Below are positions 1-11,521 of a DNA stretch of 50,012 nucleotides, piece by piece. The position numbers and the translations under genes were made by a program. The stretch spans positions 62,001 to 112,012 of the forward strand of contig JAYWIR010000116.1 in NCBI GenBank assembly GCA_036172245.1. The letters are read 5' to 3'. The first letter of the stretch is position 1; the number at the start of each line of letters is the position of its first letter. Source of the DNA: Raillietiella orientalis (taxonomy: Eukaryota). The notes below the pieces were generated by a model. It had not been told where the DNA came from, did not search any database, and saw nothing but the letters and a program-made list of their open reading frames with translations.

Positions 1-750
1 GTGAGGGGGGTTATCAGGGCCCACATTAGCTTATCGCGGGACCGCACGATCTCCTGCAGCTTCCAGCGGGCGTGCCTTCGCAGGCAAGTGTTCCTCGTGC
101 CCGCCGGAAGGTGGATCTTTACCCAGGTAAACAATGCCTCGTGCAACCATGCAGAGTAGTTCCCTGGGAGGCAGGAGATCCAGGCGTTTTCTCGTACCAC
201 AACGTCCATGCTACGCAAGAGAAAGCCCCCCTGGGCTTCTCTGCGGTCGCGCGCCAACAAAAACGACAAAAGTCCGCCGAATCCTCAGGCTTGTTGGACC
301 AAGAGGCGTGCTGGAACGCACCAAGGCGTCTTCCACAAATTGACTGCAAGGGAGAGAGTCCTAAAACTCAGTTGTTTTTCCATGCGCTTTAGCGTAAGAA
401 CGCAAAGTCCACCGTCCTTACGTGCAGTGCACAAGTCTTTGAGCCTCACACGGGACCTCTTTTTGCCCCAAATGACTGTCCTCAGGAGGCCCGCTACTTC
501 TTTTCGAATAAAATAAGGGGCGGGGCAAACAAAAAGTAGGAAACGAAGAAGAAAGGCTGCGAACGCGTTCCACACCGCGGCCCGTTCCAGCAAGTAGAAC
601 TTGCCTTCTTGGAACGGATCGATCGCTAACGCTGCCTTTTGGAGACGGTCGGACCAGGATTCTGCTGCGCAGAAGTCCCCCAACGGTACGCCGAGGTACT
701 TGAAGCACCTGCCCGTGGGGATCCCCAAGTGGATCCAGTGCGATTGTCTC
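1..750 (-). pseudogene. Fragment of LINE ORF2 (end of RT plus post-RT region), running off the window start
   Basis: ORF 285..728(-) reads GIPTGRCFKYLGVPLGDF...ERAAVWNAF...RKDGGL, matching the post-RT segment of the other ORF2 copies; in-frame stops downstream. Confidence 0.9.
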
Positions 751-792
751 CAAAAGGTCCAGTCCAGAGTCGTTCAGCGAGTGGCCGAGCAG

Positions 793-802
793 CGTCCGCC
801 GT
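793..802. repeat. 10-bp target-site duplication CGTCCGCCGT (copies at 793-802, 1141-1150, 2426-2435)
   Basis: Three exact copies, each at a boundary of the two truncated minus-strand elements. Confidence 0.85.
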
Positions 803-1140
803 TTGCCACTCGAATATGCCGGGGCATTTATTATTCTAATTTTCTACAAAAATTAGATGATAAAGTCTTCCAAAAGTTAATTGTGGGAAACACTTGGTTT
901 TCCCACCTTGGTTGACGTGTCTGTTGCCGGTGCATAGACCGGTTAAATCCATTCCCGAGGCACATGGGAAGGAAAAACTAGAACAAAAACAAAAAAAAGA
1001 GAGTTAACGGGGAGGGAAATAGTTGTATGGGGAGAGGGGGGGGGCAGGGAAGGGATCACTGGGCGCCTGGGTCGGTCCTCCGAATCCTGTTAAGGATGCA
1101 GTCAAGTTCTGCTTTAACTGTGAAAGGTAGACGTCACCTG
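803..1140 (-). mobile_element. Severely 5'-truncated LINE copy (last ORF2 codons plus 3'UTR)
   Basis: Near-identical to 1151-1488; ends in the AATAAA-hairpin terminus at 803-832. Confidence 0.85.
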
Positions 1141-1150
1141 CGTCCGCCGT

Positions 1151-2425
1151 TTGCCACCCGGATATGCCGGGGCATTTATTATTCTAATTTTCTACAAAAA
1201 TTAGATAATAAAGTTTTTCAAAAGTTAATTGTGGGAAACACTTGGTTTTCCCACCTTGGTTGACGTGTCGGTTGCCGGTGCATAGACCGGTTAGGTCCAT
1301 TCCCGAGGCGCATGGGAAGGAAAAACCAGAACAAAAACAAAAAAAAGAGAGATAACGGGGAGGGAAACAGTTGTATGGGGAGAGGGGGGGGGCAGGGAAG
1401 GGATCACTGAGCGCCTGGGTCGGTCCTCCGCATCCTGTTCAGGATGCAGTCAAGTTCTGTTTTAACTCTGAAAGGTAGACGCCACCTTGTCGCCGTCTCT
1501 AAAGAGATCGTCGTTTAGTGGATGGCGTCCCTGCATCTTGGGCCTCTTCTTCTGGCGTGCCACCTTGGCACAATGCCGCGCACGCAGCACAGGACTGCTA
1601 GAGACGCGGCGGGGCGCAGGCCGTCACGCAGAAAGAGGCGACGGTAAATTTCCTTAGGGTCGCCTACTGGAAGGTGGAGGATTGGGGCGATTCGACTCCA
1701 GAGTCCATCCAGGGCGACACACTCGAGGGTGAGATGCGGGAAGGTTTCTCTTTCTCCGCACTCGACACAGCGGGCATCCACATTTCCGAGTGTCCAGTGA
1801 GACAGGCGTGCTCTGCTTAACAGTCCCCAGTGCAGAAATAGCAACGCCGTCTCCTGCCACTTCAACGGAAGTGTGCCGCAATCCCAACACGCTGGGGGCC
1901 ACTTCACCTCCTCCGGAGGTATTGCGATCAGCTCTCCCCAGCGCGCAAGTCCGTGAGGCGGGACGCTCGGGGTGGCAGCGTCCGTGAGCTCATGAGTCGT
2001 CCACGCCTTTAAAGGTTTTTTCCTGCCTCGGATGAGTCAGGACACTTCCCACGATGCCAGCTCGTTGCTGCTCCTACTGTTTTTCAGGGAGGACAGGCCG
2101 GGGGCAAGGAAGCTGAAAGAAGCCCACAGAAACTTCCGGGGCGTGTTGATAATCTCCTGCAGCGGCTCTCGAGCGTACGGTCCTCGTCGTAGGCAGTTGT
2201 ATTCCGCCTCGCTCGTTCCGTTGATCTTAGCCCACGCGGAAGCTGACTCCTGAAGCCAGGCAGTGCAGTTCGCGGGGATGCAGGAGATCCAGGTATTCTC
2301 CCTCATCAGGGCGACCATCTGGCGCAAATCGGGACCACAGTTGGAGAGGCTGCGCTGGTAGGCCACGAGGATCGAGGACAATCCTTCGCAGCCGGTCGCT
2401 CTTCTGGCGAGGAGCCGTGCCGGAT
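1151..2425 (-). mobile_element. 5'-truncated LINE copy (ORF2 C-terminus plus 3'UTR)
   Basis: ORF 1515..1907(-) contains CVECGERETFPHLTLEC (C-terminal Cys/His motif); terminus motif at 1151-1180; flanked by the TSD. Confidence 0.9.
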
Positions 2426-2449
2426 CGTCCGCCGTACACCGCGCAGTCA

Positions 2450-3457
2450 AGCGCTACTCGAAGTTCGCGACGGCGAACCCTCTGTGCAAACAGAGGGTGA
2501 GCCGCGCGACGCGCCGGTCGACACCGAGGACGCCGCTTTCGCAAAGGCGGCGGAGGAGCTCGCGGCCACGCTGGCGGAGCGTGAGAACCCTTCACGCAAG
2601 GCCGTGCGAAGGCCGGCTCCCGCGAAAAAGGCCCCCACAGGTGAGTCGGACCTTGGGGCCGGAAGTACATTTTCTTCCTCGAAGGCACCCCCCAGGAAGT
2701 TGGGACGCAAGTCCCAGAAGCCCAGGAGGCGCCTCCCCTCCACCAGCGAGGAGGAGAAGACGGAAGCCGTCGCCAGCGTGGGAAATTCGGAGGAGGAATT
2801 CCCACGCTCGGAAGTTGTCGATTCGGCCACCCCCGTGGAGGAGGGTGAACAGGGGGGTTAAGTCCCCCCTGCAGGCGCCGACCCTGAACATTTCGCCTCC
2901 ATGGAGGAGGGCGATCAGGTAGGCGCGACCCCACCTGTGGGTGACCCGCTCGACGTACAGTTTCCTATGGAGGAGGGGGACCAGGAGCCTTCAGCACCTG
3001 ACCCCAATCCTCCACCTAGCGTACCGCCCCAGCAGGTGGCGGACGCCGCACTGCCATCTTCCCAGGAGTAACACCTGGGCTCGCCAGTCGCCATCGGATT
3101 CGCGCCGCCTGTTGGAATGTCAACGGTCTGCGCGGCGACGGTATCAGGCGAGATACGGCCGACACACTGCGTGAGCTCGACCAGGCCCTGTTGCAGGAGA
3201 TTCACGTGATCAACGCGGCAGACGTCCAGGAGATCGAGACGATCGTGGAGGGTCGGCTGTACTGGCAATGCGGCATCCGCAACACCTGCGGGGTCGCGTT
3301 CATCGTGAAGCCGGCCATCGAGGCTGCCGTGAAGGGCGTGCGCTTCGATTACGACGGTCGGGTCGATCAGCTGACTCTCGGCTGGTCGGACTCCATTGAA
3401 CTGATCGTCACCAATGTGTACGCCCCCAGCGGTAAACAGGGATACAGTGACCGCACC
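2450..3457 (+). pseudogene. LINE fragment: ORF1 tail and start of ORF2 endonuclease (family of element C)
   Basis: DAAFAKAAEELAATLAERENPSRKAVRRP (2484..2861); ORF1 stop TAA at 3069-3071; QEIHV...NVYAP endonuclease motifs (3191..3457). Confidence 0.88.
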
Positions 3458-6323
3458 TTCCTGTTCACGCTCTCTTCTTTCGATCCTCCTGGATCTAGCG
3501 GAGCGTGCAACTTCTGTAACCCCCAAACAGGAACCTTCGTTCCTGTTGGAGCATGACGAACTGTCCCCACGTTCGAACGGTTTCCTGCAACCAGGCACTA
3601 CCGTTCAACGGGCGACAGGTTAGCAATCCTGGTTTTTTCCGATACAGCGCAGCCACCCTCCGTGGCTGGAGTCCGCATCGGTTGACGCGGCGAGGGAGTG
3701 CAAGAAACGACGTCAGTCCCGTCTTGCCGGTAACTTGCTGGAGAAGGAGACGTGCAGGGATGCACCAACAGGTGCACCACAACTCTGGAACGAATGCCGA
3801 CAAGCGGAACTGGAGCTGAAGCTCCAGCCGCTCCAGCGTCAGGAGGCCCAGACCACCATCCCGACGAGGAGGGCGCAAGTCCTTTAAGCGGAATCGGGCC
3901 CTCCCGTTGCCCCAAAGGGCGATACGGAGGAGGTCCTTTGTCCGCTTTTTATTTCTCTCTGTGAAGGGGGCAAACAAATAGCAGGGGGCGGAGGAGAGGA
4001 GCCGCGAACCTGTTCCAAACAGCGGCCCGTTCAGGCAGGAAACACCTGCCGACTCGGAACGGGCCGATCGCCGTCTCTACTTTTTGGAGGCAGCCGGACC
4101 ACGCTTCCGCAGGGGAGTAGTCACCCAACGGCACACCAAGGTACTTGAAGTACCTCACCGTGGGGATCCCCAAACGGACCTAGTCCTGCTGCCCTGCCCA
4201 CGCCGCACGAACTGGTATCGCGGACGATTTCGCCCTGTTCACCGAAAGTCCGGTTCCCCGATGCAGCAGGTCGAAGAACTCCTCGACCGCCACAGCCGGG
4301 GTGGACATAGGGAGCAGCAGAAGAAGGTCGTTCGCGTATGCTGAAACCGCAGGCGTACCGGGACAATCGCACGCCACGTGCGCCAGAGTCTGCCTGTACG
4401 CTCTCAGTACCAACTCAAAGTAGGTACTGAAGAGCAAGGGGTTCAGGCTGTCTCCCTGCCGGATCCCACGCCGCACCGGCACGCCGTGCACGGTCTGCCC
4501 GCAGAAAGTAGCGTTGATGATCGCGTCGGGCCAGCAGGAGCGCGGATAGGCTACTAATGAGGCTGGGAAGCCCAAGCGTTCCAAAAGCTCCAGAAGGAGT
4601 TTCTGGTCGACGCAAACGATTGCTTTCCGCAAGTCGATTGCGACCGCAAGGGCTCCCTCCCCCACCCGACCATCCAACCCCTTGCCGGCGTACGCACCGG
4701 AATTCCGGCAGCGCAACAAGCTCCTTCCATTTTGGTGCTCTATCCAGGTGGAAGCGTGGAACAGGTTCGCCTCCATGCTTCCCCGGAAACAGCATATGTC
4801 TGTTCCGGTCTGATGAAGATGTTCAAAACCCGTCCCAGACGCTCTGCCCAAATCTTTGCTAGCAACTTGGCGTCCGCATTCACTATTGTGATGGGACGTC
4901 AGTTGTTCATGCTCCTCAGATCTCCTCCCTTAGGGAGGAGCTGTACCTTTGCCGAACGACACAAGGCGGGAACGTCACCTGTTTCGCGTATCAGCAAGGT
5001 GAGTTGCTGTACCAGGGGGGTAAGCTCAGCCGTGAAAGTTTGATAAAACTCCACGGGCAGGCCGTCCTCTTCTGGAGTCTTTCGCCTCTTGAGCTCTCCG
5101 ATGGCCGAGAGGATCTCGTCCATCGTGAAAGGCTCGTCGAGGGTCTTTCTCTGCTCCTCCCCGATCGCTGGACAGCGTTCCGGAAGCAGGAGACGTGATA
5201 CGTTCCTCTCCGCAGGTGCCCTGGCATACAGGGAGGAGTAGTAACTCCGCAGCAGGCCGCGGATTTGGGCAGTTGCCGAGTGCTCCAGGCCCTGTTCGTC
5301 CAGTAAGCTGGCCGATCCGGACTGCCAGGCTTGCCTCTCGGCTCCCGCTTTGTACTCTGGCAGCCTGCGGATGTCGGGGGTCCTGGCGCAACGACGGGCC
5401 TGCAGGTAGGCTCGTCCGTTACGGACCCCGGTCCCGAAACCCGTAGGTAGGCGGTGCAGAGGGAACCGGTCGCAGAACTCCTGGACCGACCGCTTGAAGC
5501 GGTCTCAATCCTGGAGTGTCCGCAGCCTGAAGCTCCGTATGAACGTGCGAAGATGTTTTTCTTTCTCGTTTGGGAGCTTCAGTTAGTCCCCTGGGAGACG
5601 TCACGCTGACGAGGGGGGGCCCCTGTTGCGCGGATGGATCTCGAGGACTAGCGGGCGATGGTCGGACAGCTCGCACGGTAACTTGCCGCGCCTGCCCACG
5701 CGAGGGCACGGGTGCTCCTCAGGAAACACGTGGTCAATGCTGTCTTCCATACCCGGTGCACTGGCCAACAAATTACAGGTGTGCACCGCCATGCACACCT
5801 CGTTGACCAGGTCACGCTCGGGATTCTGCTCATCTGGTTTCAGGCGAACGTTGAAATCGCCTGCAACCAGATGGCCATCCCGCACGCCTGCTTCGGTCAG
5901 CCAGTCTCGCCGGAGGGCAAGGAAAAACTCTTTCCTCGCCCTTCTGGTCATCAGGTCCGCGCCGCTCGGTGCGTACACGTTCGTGACGATCAGAGTGATC
6001 GAGTCGGACCACCTGAGAGTCAGCTGGCGGACACGACCGGGATCGTCGAACCGCACGCCCCGAGCCGCGGCCTCGACGGCTGGCCGAAGCTGGTAGGCGA
6101 CACCGCAACTTTTCGCTCTCCCACACCTGTACCATAGCCGCCCTCCGGAGATCCGTTCGATCTTTTGCGCTTGTTCTGCAGAGATCACGTGGATCTCCTG
6201 CAGCAGCGCAAGGTCGTAGGACTCCCGCAGGGCGGCCATGTCTCGTCTCCTGCCGGCGTCTGTCATGCCGTTCACGTTCCAAACGGCGATGCGCAGACGA
6301 CGGCGGAAGGAGATTCTCTACAT
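3458..6323 (-). pseudogene. Element G ORF2 (APE endonuclease plus RT), disrupted
   Basis: LLQEIH, NVYAP, AGDFN, IDH, SDH (5601..6275); GIRQGDSLNPLLF and YAND (mutated YADD) in 4180..4851; several stops and frameshifts. Confidence 0.9.
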
Positions 6324-7948
6324 TACTGCTGGAAGATTAAGGTGTGAGGGAGCCCTCCTCTTGCGAGGCGGACAGGATGTCCATGGGGATTTCGGCCTTC
6401 TCAGGCACCTGAGGCACCTGTACGGACTCTACCCCCTCCATCCCCTCCGTGTCCGCGCTTGGGAGTCTCTCGGGCGACGGGTCCCGAGAGCTTCCCACGC
6501 TCATGGCAACCTCGCTTGCGGAAGCTATCTCTTCCCCTTCGACGGGGGAGACGAGCTTCCTTGGCTTTGTGGACTTACGTCCAGCCTTCTTGCGCGGTGC
6601 CGTGGAAACAGAGGCTGCGCTTCCGGCCTCCACCTCGGGGTCGGAAGTGGGGGACTCCTGAGGGGAGGCCGGACGCCTTACGGCCTTCTTCCCAGCCTTG
6701 GAGGGTTCTGGCTGCAACGACGCTGCCAGCTCCTCCGCGGCTCGCGCGAATGCTACGTCATCGATGGTGGTGTCGATGACGGACGCCGCCGATGGCTCGC
6801 TCCCCTCGCTGTTGAAGGAGACAACAGAGATGTTGTCGTGGGTAGCAGCGAGTTCTTTTTCGCAGCGGTCGGGAATACGCTCGACGACAACGCTGCAATC
6901 TATAATTTGCTCGCTTGCCTGCTGTTTTTTCTGGCGGTACGCGAGCTATTTCTCCATCCACCTCTGCTTCTTTGATTTTTTGGCCGTAGCCACCTGTTAC
7001 CTAGGCTGCTGGCTTGTTCCCTCGACTTGTTTGGCGTTGTTCGTCGGGGTCTCGGGTGAGGCCTGGGCCTTGGGCGGGGGTGGCACAGCCTTCGCGGCAG
7101 CTTTCGCCGCCAGCCTTTTCTGCAGAAGCCGGGCACGTTTTTTGAGGTTTCTCTTAGAAACCACCCGCACTGCTGCTTTGGGGCACACCTCCCTTGTGTG
7201 TCCCATGGTTCCGCATACTTGGCACTGCACATTGGGACACCTCTTTTTGAGGTGTCCCGACGTATTGCAGAGGCCACAGTATTTCGGCTTCGCCACATAC
7301 CAGAGGTCGACGGTTTCGCCTTCGACCACCAGATTGTGGGGAAGAGTGCAGCCCTCCCGAACGATCACGCGCGCAGCAGTGATGCCGTGTTGCAGCCCCG
7401 TGGAGTCCTCGAAAGTACTTACTTTCGTCCACTGCGCGTGGACCGTTCCGAACTGTTCCAAAGCGGCGTCAACCTGTTCCTTGCGCATTCGCGCGGTTAC
7501 GTCTAATAGGTGCACCATGCTGCGGTCCGTTGTAGTGAGGAGGAGTTTGCGCGTTCCCATCACAACGGGGGTTTCATGCAGTCGTTGAGTTAGCTCTGCA
7601 TGTTTGCAGATGACCTCAACGTACTGACCCCCGCTGCGGATGGTCATAGCGCTGAGCTCCTCCTTTTTCACATCCAGAGCGCGCATGCCATTCGAGAAGG
7701 AGCGCGCGCTCTCTAAAGAATATAAATTGCCTACCTTGTAGAACAATGAGGGGTTGTACCCCTCCTCTACATAGGCCGACAATTCCCCCGAGGCTGCAGG
7801 CGATGGCGCCGCTCCACGCTCGCGCTGCAGCGGGACCGATTCTGTGGGGGCGGATGCCCCAACCTCCATCCCCTCTTGGGGCGACGTTGCCGCCACCCCC
7901 TGACTCTCTATCGTTTCTGGGGGTGGCGTTGTTGCTGCCCCTTGGCAT
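6323..7948 (-). pseudogene. Element G ORF1 (gag-like, two CCHC knuckles), disrupted
   Basis: CGLCNTSGHLKKRC and CQVCGTMGHTREVC in ORF 6997..7896; tail continues in broken frames to 6323. Confidence 0.88.
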
Positions 7949-8064
7949 CCCTGGTGGTCGCGTCAGGCATCGCTACCTGATCGACCACCGAACCACACGA
8001 CGCTTGCACTGGGGGAGACTTCCTGGCACGATGAGCACCGAGAAAACACGTCCACCCTGGAGCA

Positions 8065-10176
8065 AACAAAGCATTCGACTCCGTCGACCAGGATCTTCTT
8101 CTGGAGATCATGGAATGCATGGGTTTCCCTGCCGTGCTTCAATCTTACCTGCGCTCCTGCTGGCGCAACGCGTCAATCAATATCGGTTTCAGCGGCCGGC
8201 ACGTGTAAGGCGTGCCAGTGCGCCGCGGCATCCGGCAGGGTGACAGCCTGAGCCCCTTGCTCTTCAGCATCTACTTCGAGTTGGTGCTGAGGGCATACAG
8301 GGTAACTCTGGCAACCCTGCCGAGCTCGTGTGCCGGCACGCCTGCCGTGTCGGCCTATGCAGACGATCTTCTGCTGCTGCTTCCCGGGTCCACCCCGGCG
8401 AGTGCGCTCGAGGACTTCTTCGAGTTACTGCGCCGCGGGACGGGCCTGGAGGTGAACATGGCGAACACGTCCATGGTCTTTGTCGGTTGGGCGTGGGCTG
8501 GAAGGTCGGACTGAATCCGCTTGGGGATTTCCACGGGCAGGTGCTTCAAAAACCTTGGCGTTCCGTTGGGGGACTTCTGCGCAGCAGAAGCCTGGTCCGA
8601 CCGTCTTGAAAAGGCAGCGTTGGCGATCGGTCCGTTCCAAGAAAACAAGTTCTACTTGCAGGAACGGGCCCCGGCGTGGAACGCGTTTGCGGCCCTCCTC
8701 CTTCGCCCCCTACTTTTCGTTTGTTCCGCATCTTATTTTATTCGAAAACGAGCAACGGGCCTTCTGAGGACAGTCCTTTAGGGAAAAGGGAGGTCCCGTG
8801 TGAGGCTCGAAGACCTGTGCGCTCCACGTAAGGACGGTGGACTTGGCGTACTTACGCTAGAGCGCATGGAACTCCAACTACAATTCAGGTCTCTCGTTCT
8901 CGCGGCCGAATTGTGGAACACGCCTTGGTGCGTTCCAGCACGCCTCCTGGCCCAACGAGACTGCGGATTCGGTGGACTTTTGTCGTTTCTGCTGGCGCGC
9001 GACTGCAGAGAAGCACACGGCGGCTTTCTCTTGCGTCGTCTGGACGTTGTGATACGGAAGAATGCCTGGATTCCCTGCCTCCCAGGGAACCACTCGGCAT
9101 GACTGCACGAGTCAGTCTCCTCCTGGGAAAAGACCTACGTATTGGCGGTCACAAGGAGCACTTGCCTGAAAAGGCATGCCCGCTGAGCGCTGCAGGAGAT
9201 CGTGCAGTCTCACGACAAGCTTCTGTGGGCCTTGATAGCCTCCTCTCCCCAGTGCTGCCCTTCCTTGGGAATGCCAGGGACATTAGCGAGCAGGGGAAAT
9301 GGACCGTGTCCTGCACCATATGCGGCAGGACACAATCGATAAAGGCGTGGACATCTCGGCAGCTAGCTAACGCTGCGACGTCGAGTGTCCCGCCCAACAG
9401 AATTGGACGCTGGGGCGAGCTACTCAGAATATCTTCGGAGGAGATGAAGTGGCCTTCAGCGTCCTGGAACAGTGCATCCCTTTCCCTCAAATGGCAGGAG
9501 GTGGCGTTGCTTGTAATGCATTGGGGTTACCCTGTAAAGCACGCCTGTATCACACAACCCGGGGGGCTGTGGTTCCCCAGTGCGACCGGTGCAAGGAAAA
9601 AGAGACCTTCCCTCACCTTCTCATTGTGTGCAGAGCCATCCGCCTTTTATGGGATCGCCTTACGGCGATCCTGGACTTGCGCGGATGCGGCCCCAAGGAC
9701 GTTTTCAGGCGCCTCTTCTGTAGTGACGCCTTGTCCCCACTCGCTTCTGCAGCAATTCTCTGCTGCATTCGAGGGATCGTGGCGGCATGGAACGCCACCA
9801 GAAGAAGACGTCAGCCAACTGGCAGCGCCTTACGATGGACTCGCCTATTCGTGCGAGCTGTATGCAAGTGGCGCTACTTAGGCGCACAGAGGACACAGCT
9901 TGTCCAGATCCTTAATAGGATCCAGAGGACCTCTCCGGGCGCATAGTGATCCCTTGCCTGCCCTCCCATCCCTAAAACTTTTATCCCCTCCCGTGTTTAA
10001 ACTTTTTGTTTCTTTTGTTTTTTCTGTCCCAATTCCCGCGAATCGAAAGGACCTCTCCGTCCTAGCGTCGGCAACCAGCAAGCTGTTTTGGCGTGGTGCG
10101 CCTTCGGGTTCTCCACTGCAAAAATTAATGTATTTTGATTTTTCGAAATAAATGCCCCGGCATATCCGGGTGAAAA
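8065..10176 (+). mobile_element. Element H: 3' half of a LINE (RT motif A to 3' terminus)
   Basis: Starts at KAFDSVDQ; GIRQGDSLSPLLF and YADD (8212..8514); CDRCKEKETFPHLLIVC (9449..9946); AATAAATGCCCCGGCATATCCGGGTGAAAA at 10147-10176. Confidence 0.9.
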
Positions 10177-11521
10177 CGACTGTCGGTGCGGAAAGCGAGG
10201 AGGCGGCGCGAATCGAAGACGCGACCTTCGAGCAGGCCGCGGAAGAGCTGGCAGCCATGTAACGGCAGCCTGTCAAGGCGGTAAAGAAGGCCTTCAGACG
10301 ACCGACAACGGCGAAGGTTCCGGAAAATTCCGAGTCCGAAACCGAAGCCGGATGCTCTTCTTCCGCAGCCGTGCCGAAGAGAAAGGCTGGCAAGAAGACC
10401 GGTTGCCTGAGACGGGTCGCCCCTCCGCAGCTGGGGAGCCCATGTCCTTGGGCACGGAGGAGGAGGCAATGTGCGTCGCACCACGCGACCCTTCTCCCTT
10501 CTGCGTCTCGGAAGCCAGCCCGATGGAAATCGCTGTCCACGACAAGCTCCCGTGTGAGCAGCCGACCGTCGTCACGGTCACCAACGAGCCGCCTCCCGCA
10601 AGGGAGGTGGCCGCCTCCACCCCACAATAAACACACCGATGGGTGGGCTCGAATCATTCCGACGCCTGCGCGTCACCTGTTGGAATGTCAACGGATTGCA
10701 CGACGACGGTAAGAGGCGAGACGTAGCCGCCATACTTCGAGACTTCGACCTGGTGCTCCTGCAAGAGATGCACGTTCTCAAAGCAGAAGAAGTCCAGGAA
10801 ATCGAAAGAATCGCAGGAAGGTGGCTACTGTGGAGGAACGGAAACGACCGCTCCTGCGAAGTTGCCTTTTAGCTTAAGCCAGCCGTCGAAAATACACTGC
10901 GCAGCGTGTGGTTCGACCAGGACGGTCGAGTAGGGCAGCTTGTTTTCAAGTGGTCTGACTCGATCGACTTCATAGTCACGAACCTGTACGCTCCGGTGTG
11001 CAACCACAGGGCCGACGAACGCACTGCGTTCCTCGAATCCCTGCGGCGAGACTGGTTGGCTGAAGCAAGCGTACGACGGGCGCACCTCATTGCGGGCGAC
11101 TTCAATCTCCGCGTGCTGGCAGGTGCGCCGTGCACACGAGCACGACTGGTCAACGAGTTGTGTTCAGCCATCAATGCGCGCAACTTGTTGGCGGGTGATG
11201 CCGGGAGAGATCGGAACATCGATCACATGTTTCACGACAACCCCCTGTGAACGCGGGTGGGCACTCGAGGAACGCTGCCGGCACAGCTGTCCGAACATCC
11301 ACGGCTCGTGCTCGAGATACATCCACGCGACAAGGGCCCTTTAATGAAAACGTGGCGCCTGCCGGGGGACTGGTTGCGCCTCGCAGGAGCGGCGGAACAT
11401 CTGCGCGCATTCCTGTGAGGATTCCATCTTGAGACGCTCGCGGACTAGGACGAAATAAAGTGCTTACTCCGCGAGTTTTGCGACCAGTTTCCCCTGGAAC
11501 GTCTTCCGCCGAGCTTCGGCG
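10177..11521 (+). pseudogene. Element I: LINE fragment (ORF1 tail plus endonuclease), interrupted by J
   Basis: DATFEQAAEELAA motif; WNVNGL...LLQEMH (10639..10872); NLYAP, AGDFN, IDH (10906..11250); ends at FPLERLPPSFG. Confidence 0.88.

Larger units (their letters stand above)
3458..8058 (-). mobile_element. Element G: LINE with intact 5' end, 3' end missing
   Basis: 5' motif GGTGGACGTGTTTT near 8043-8056; ORF1 and ORF2 colinear; no 3' terminus motif at 3458. Boundaries approximate. Confidence 0.85.

Noticed and set aside
793..1488. 348-bp direct repeat as LTRs or Penelope pseudo-LTRs
   Set aside because: The repeats are LINE 3' ends separated by a TSD; there is no TG..CA, PBS, integrase or GIY-YIG domain.
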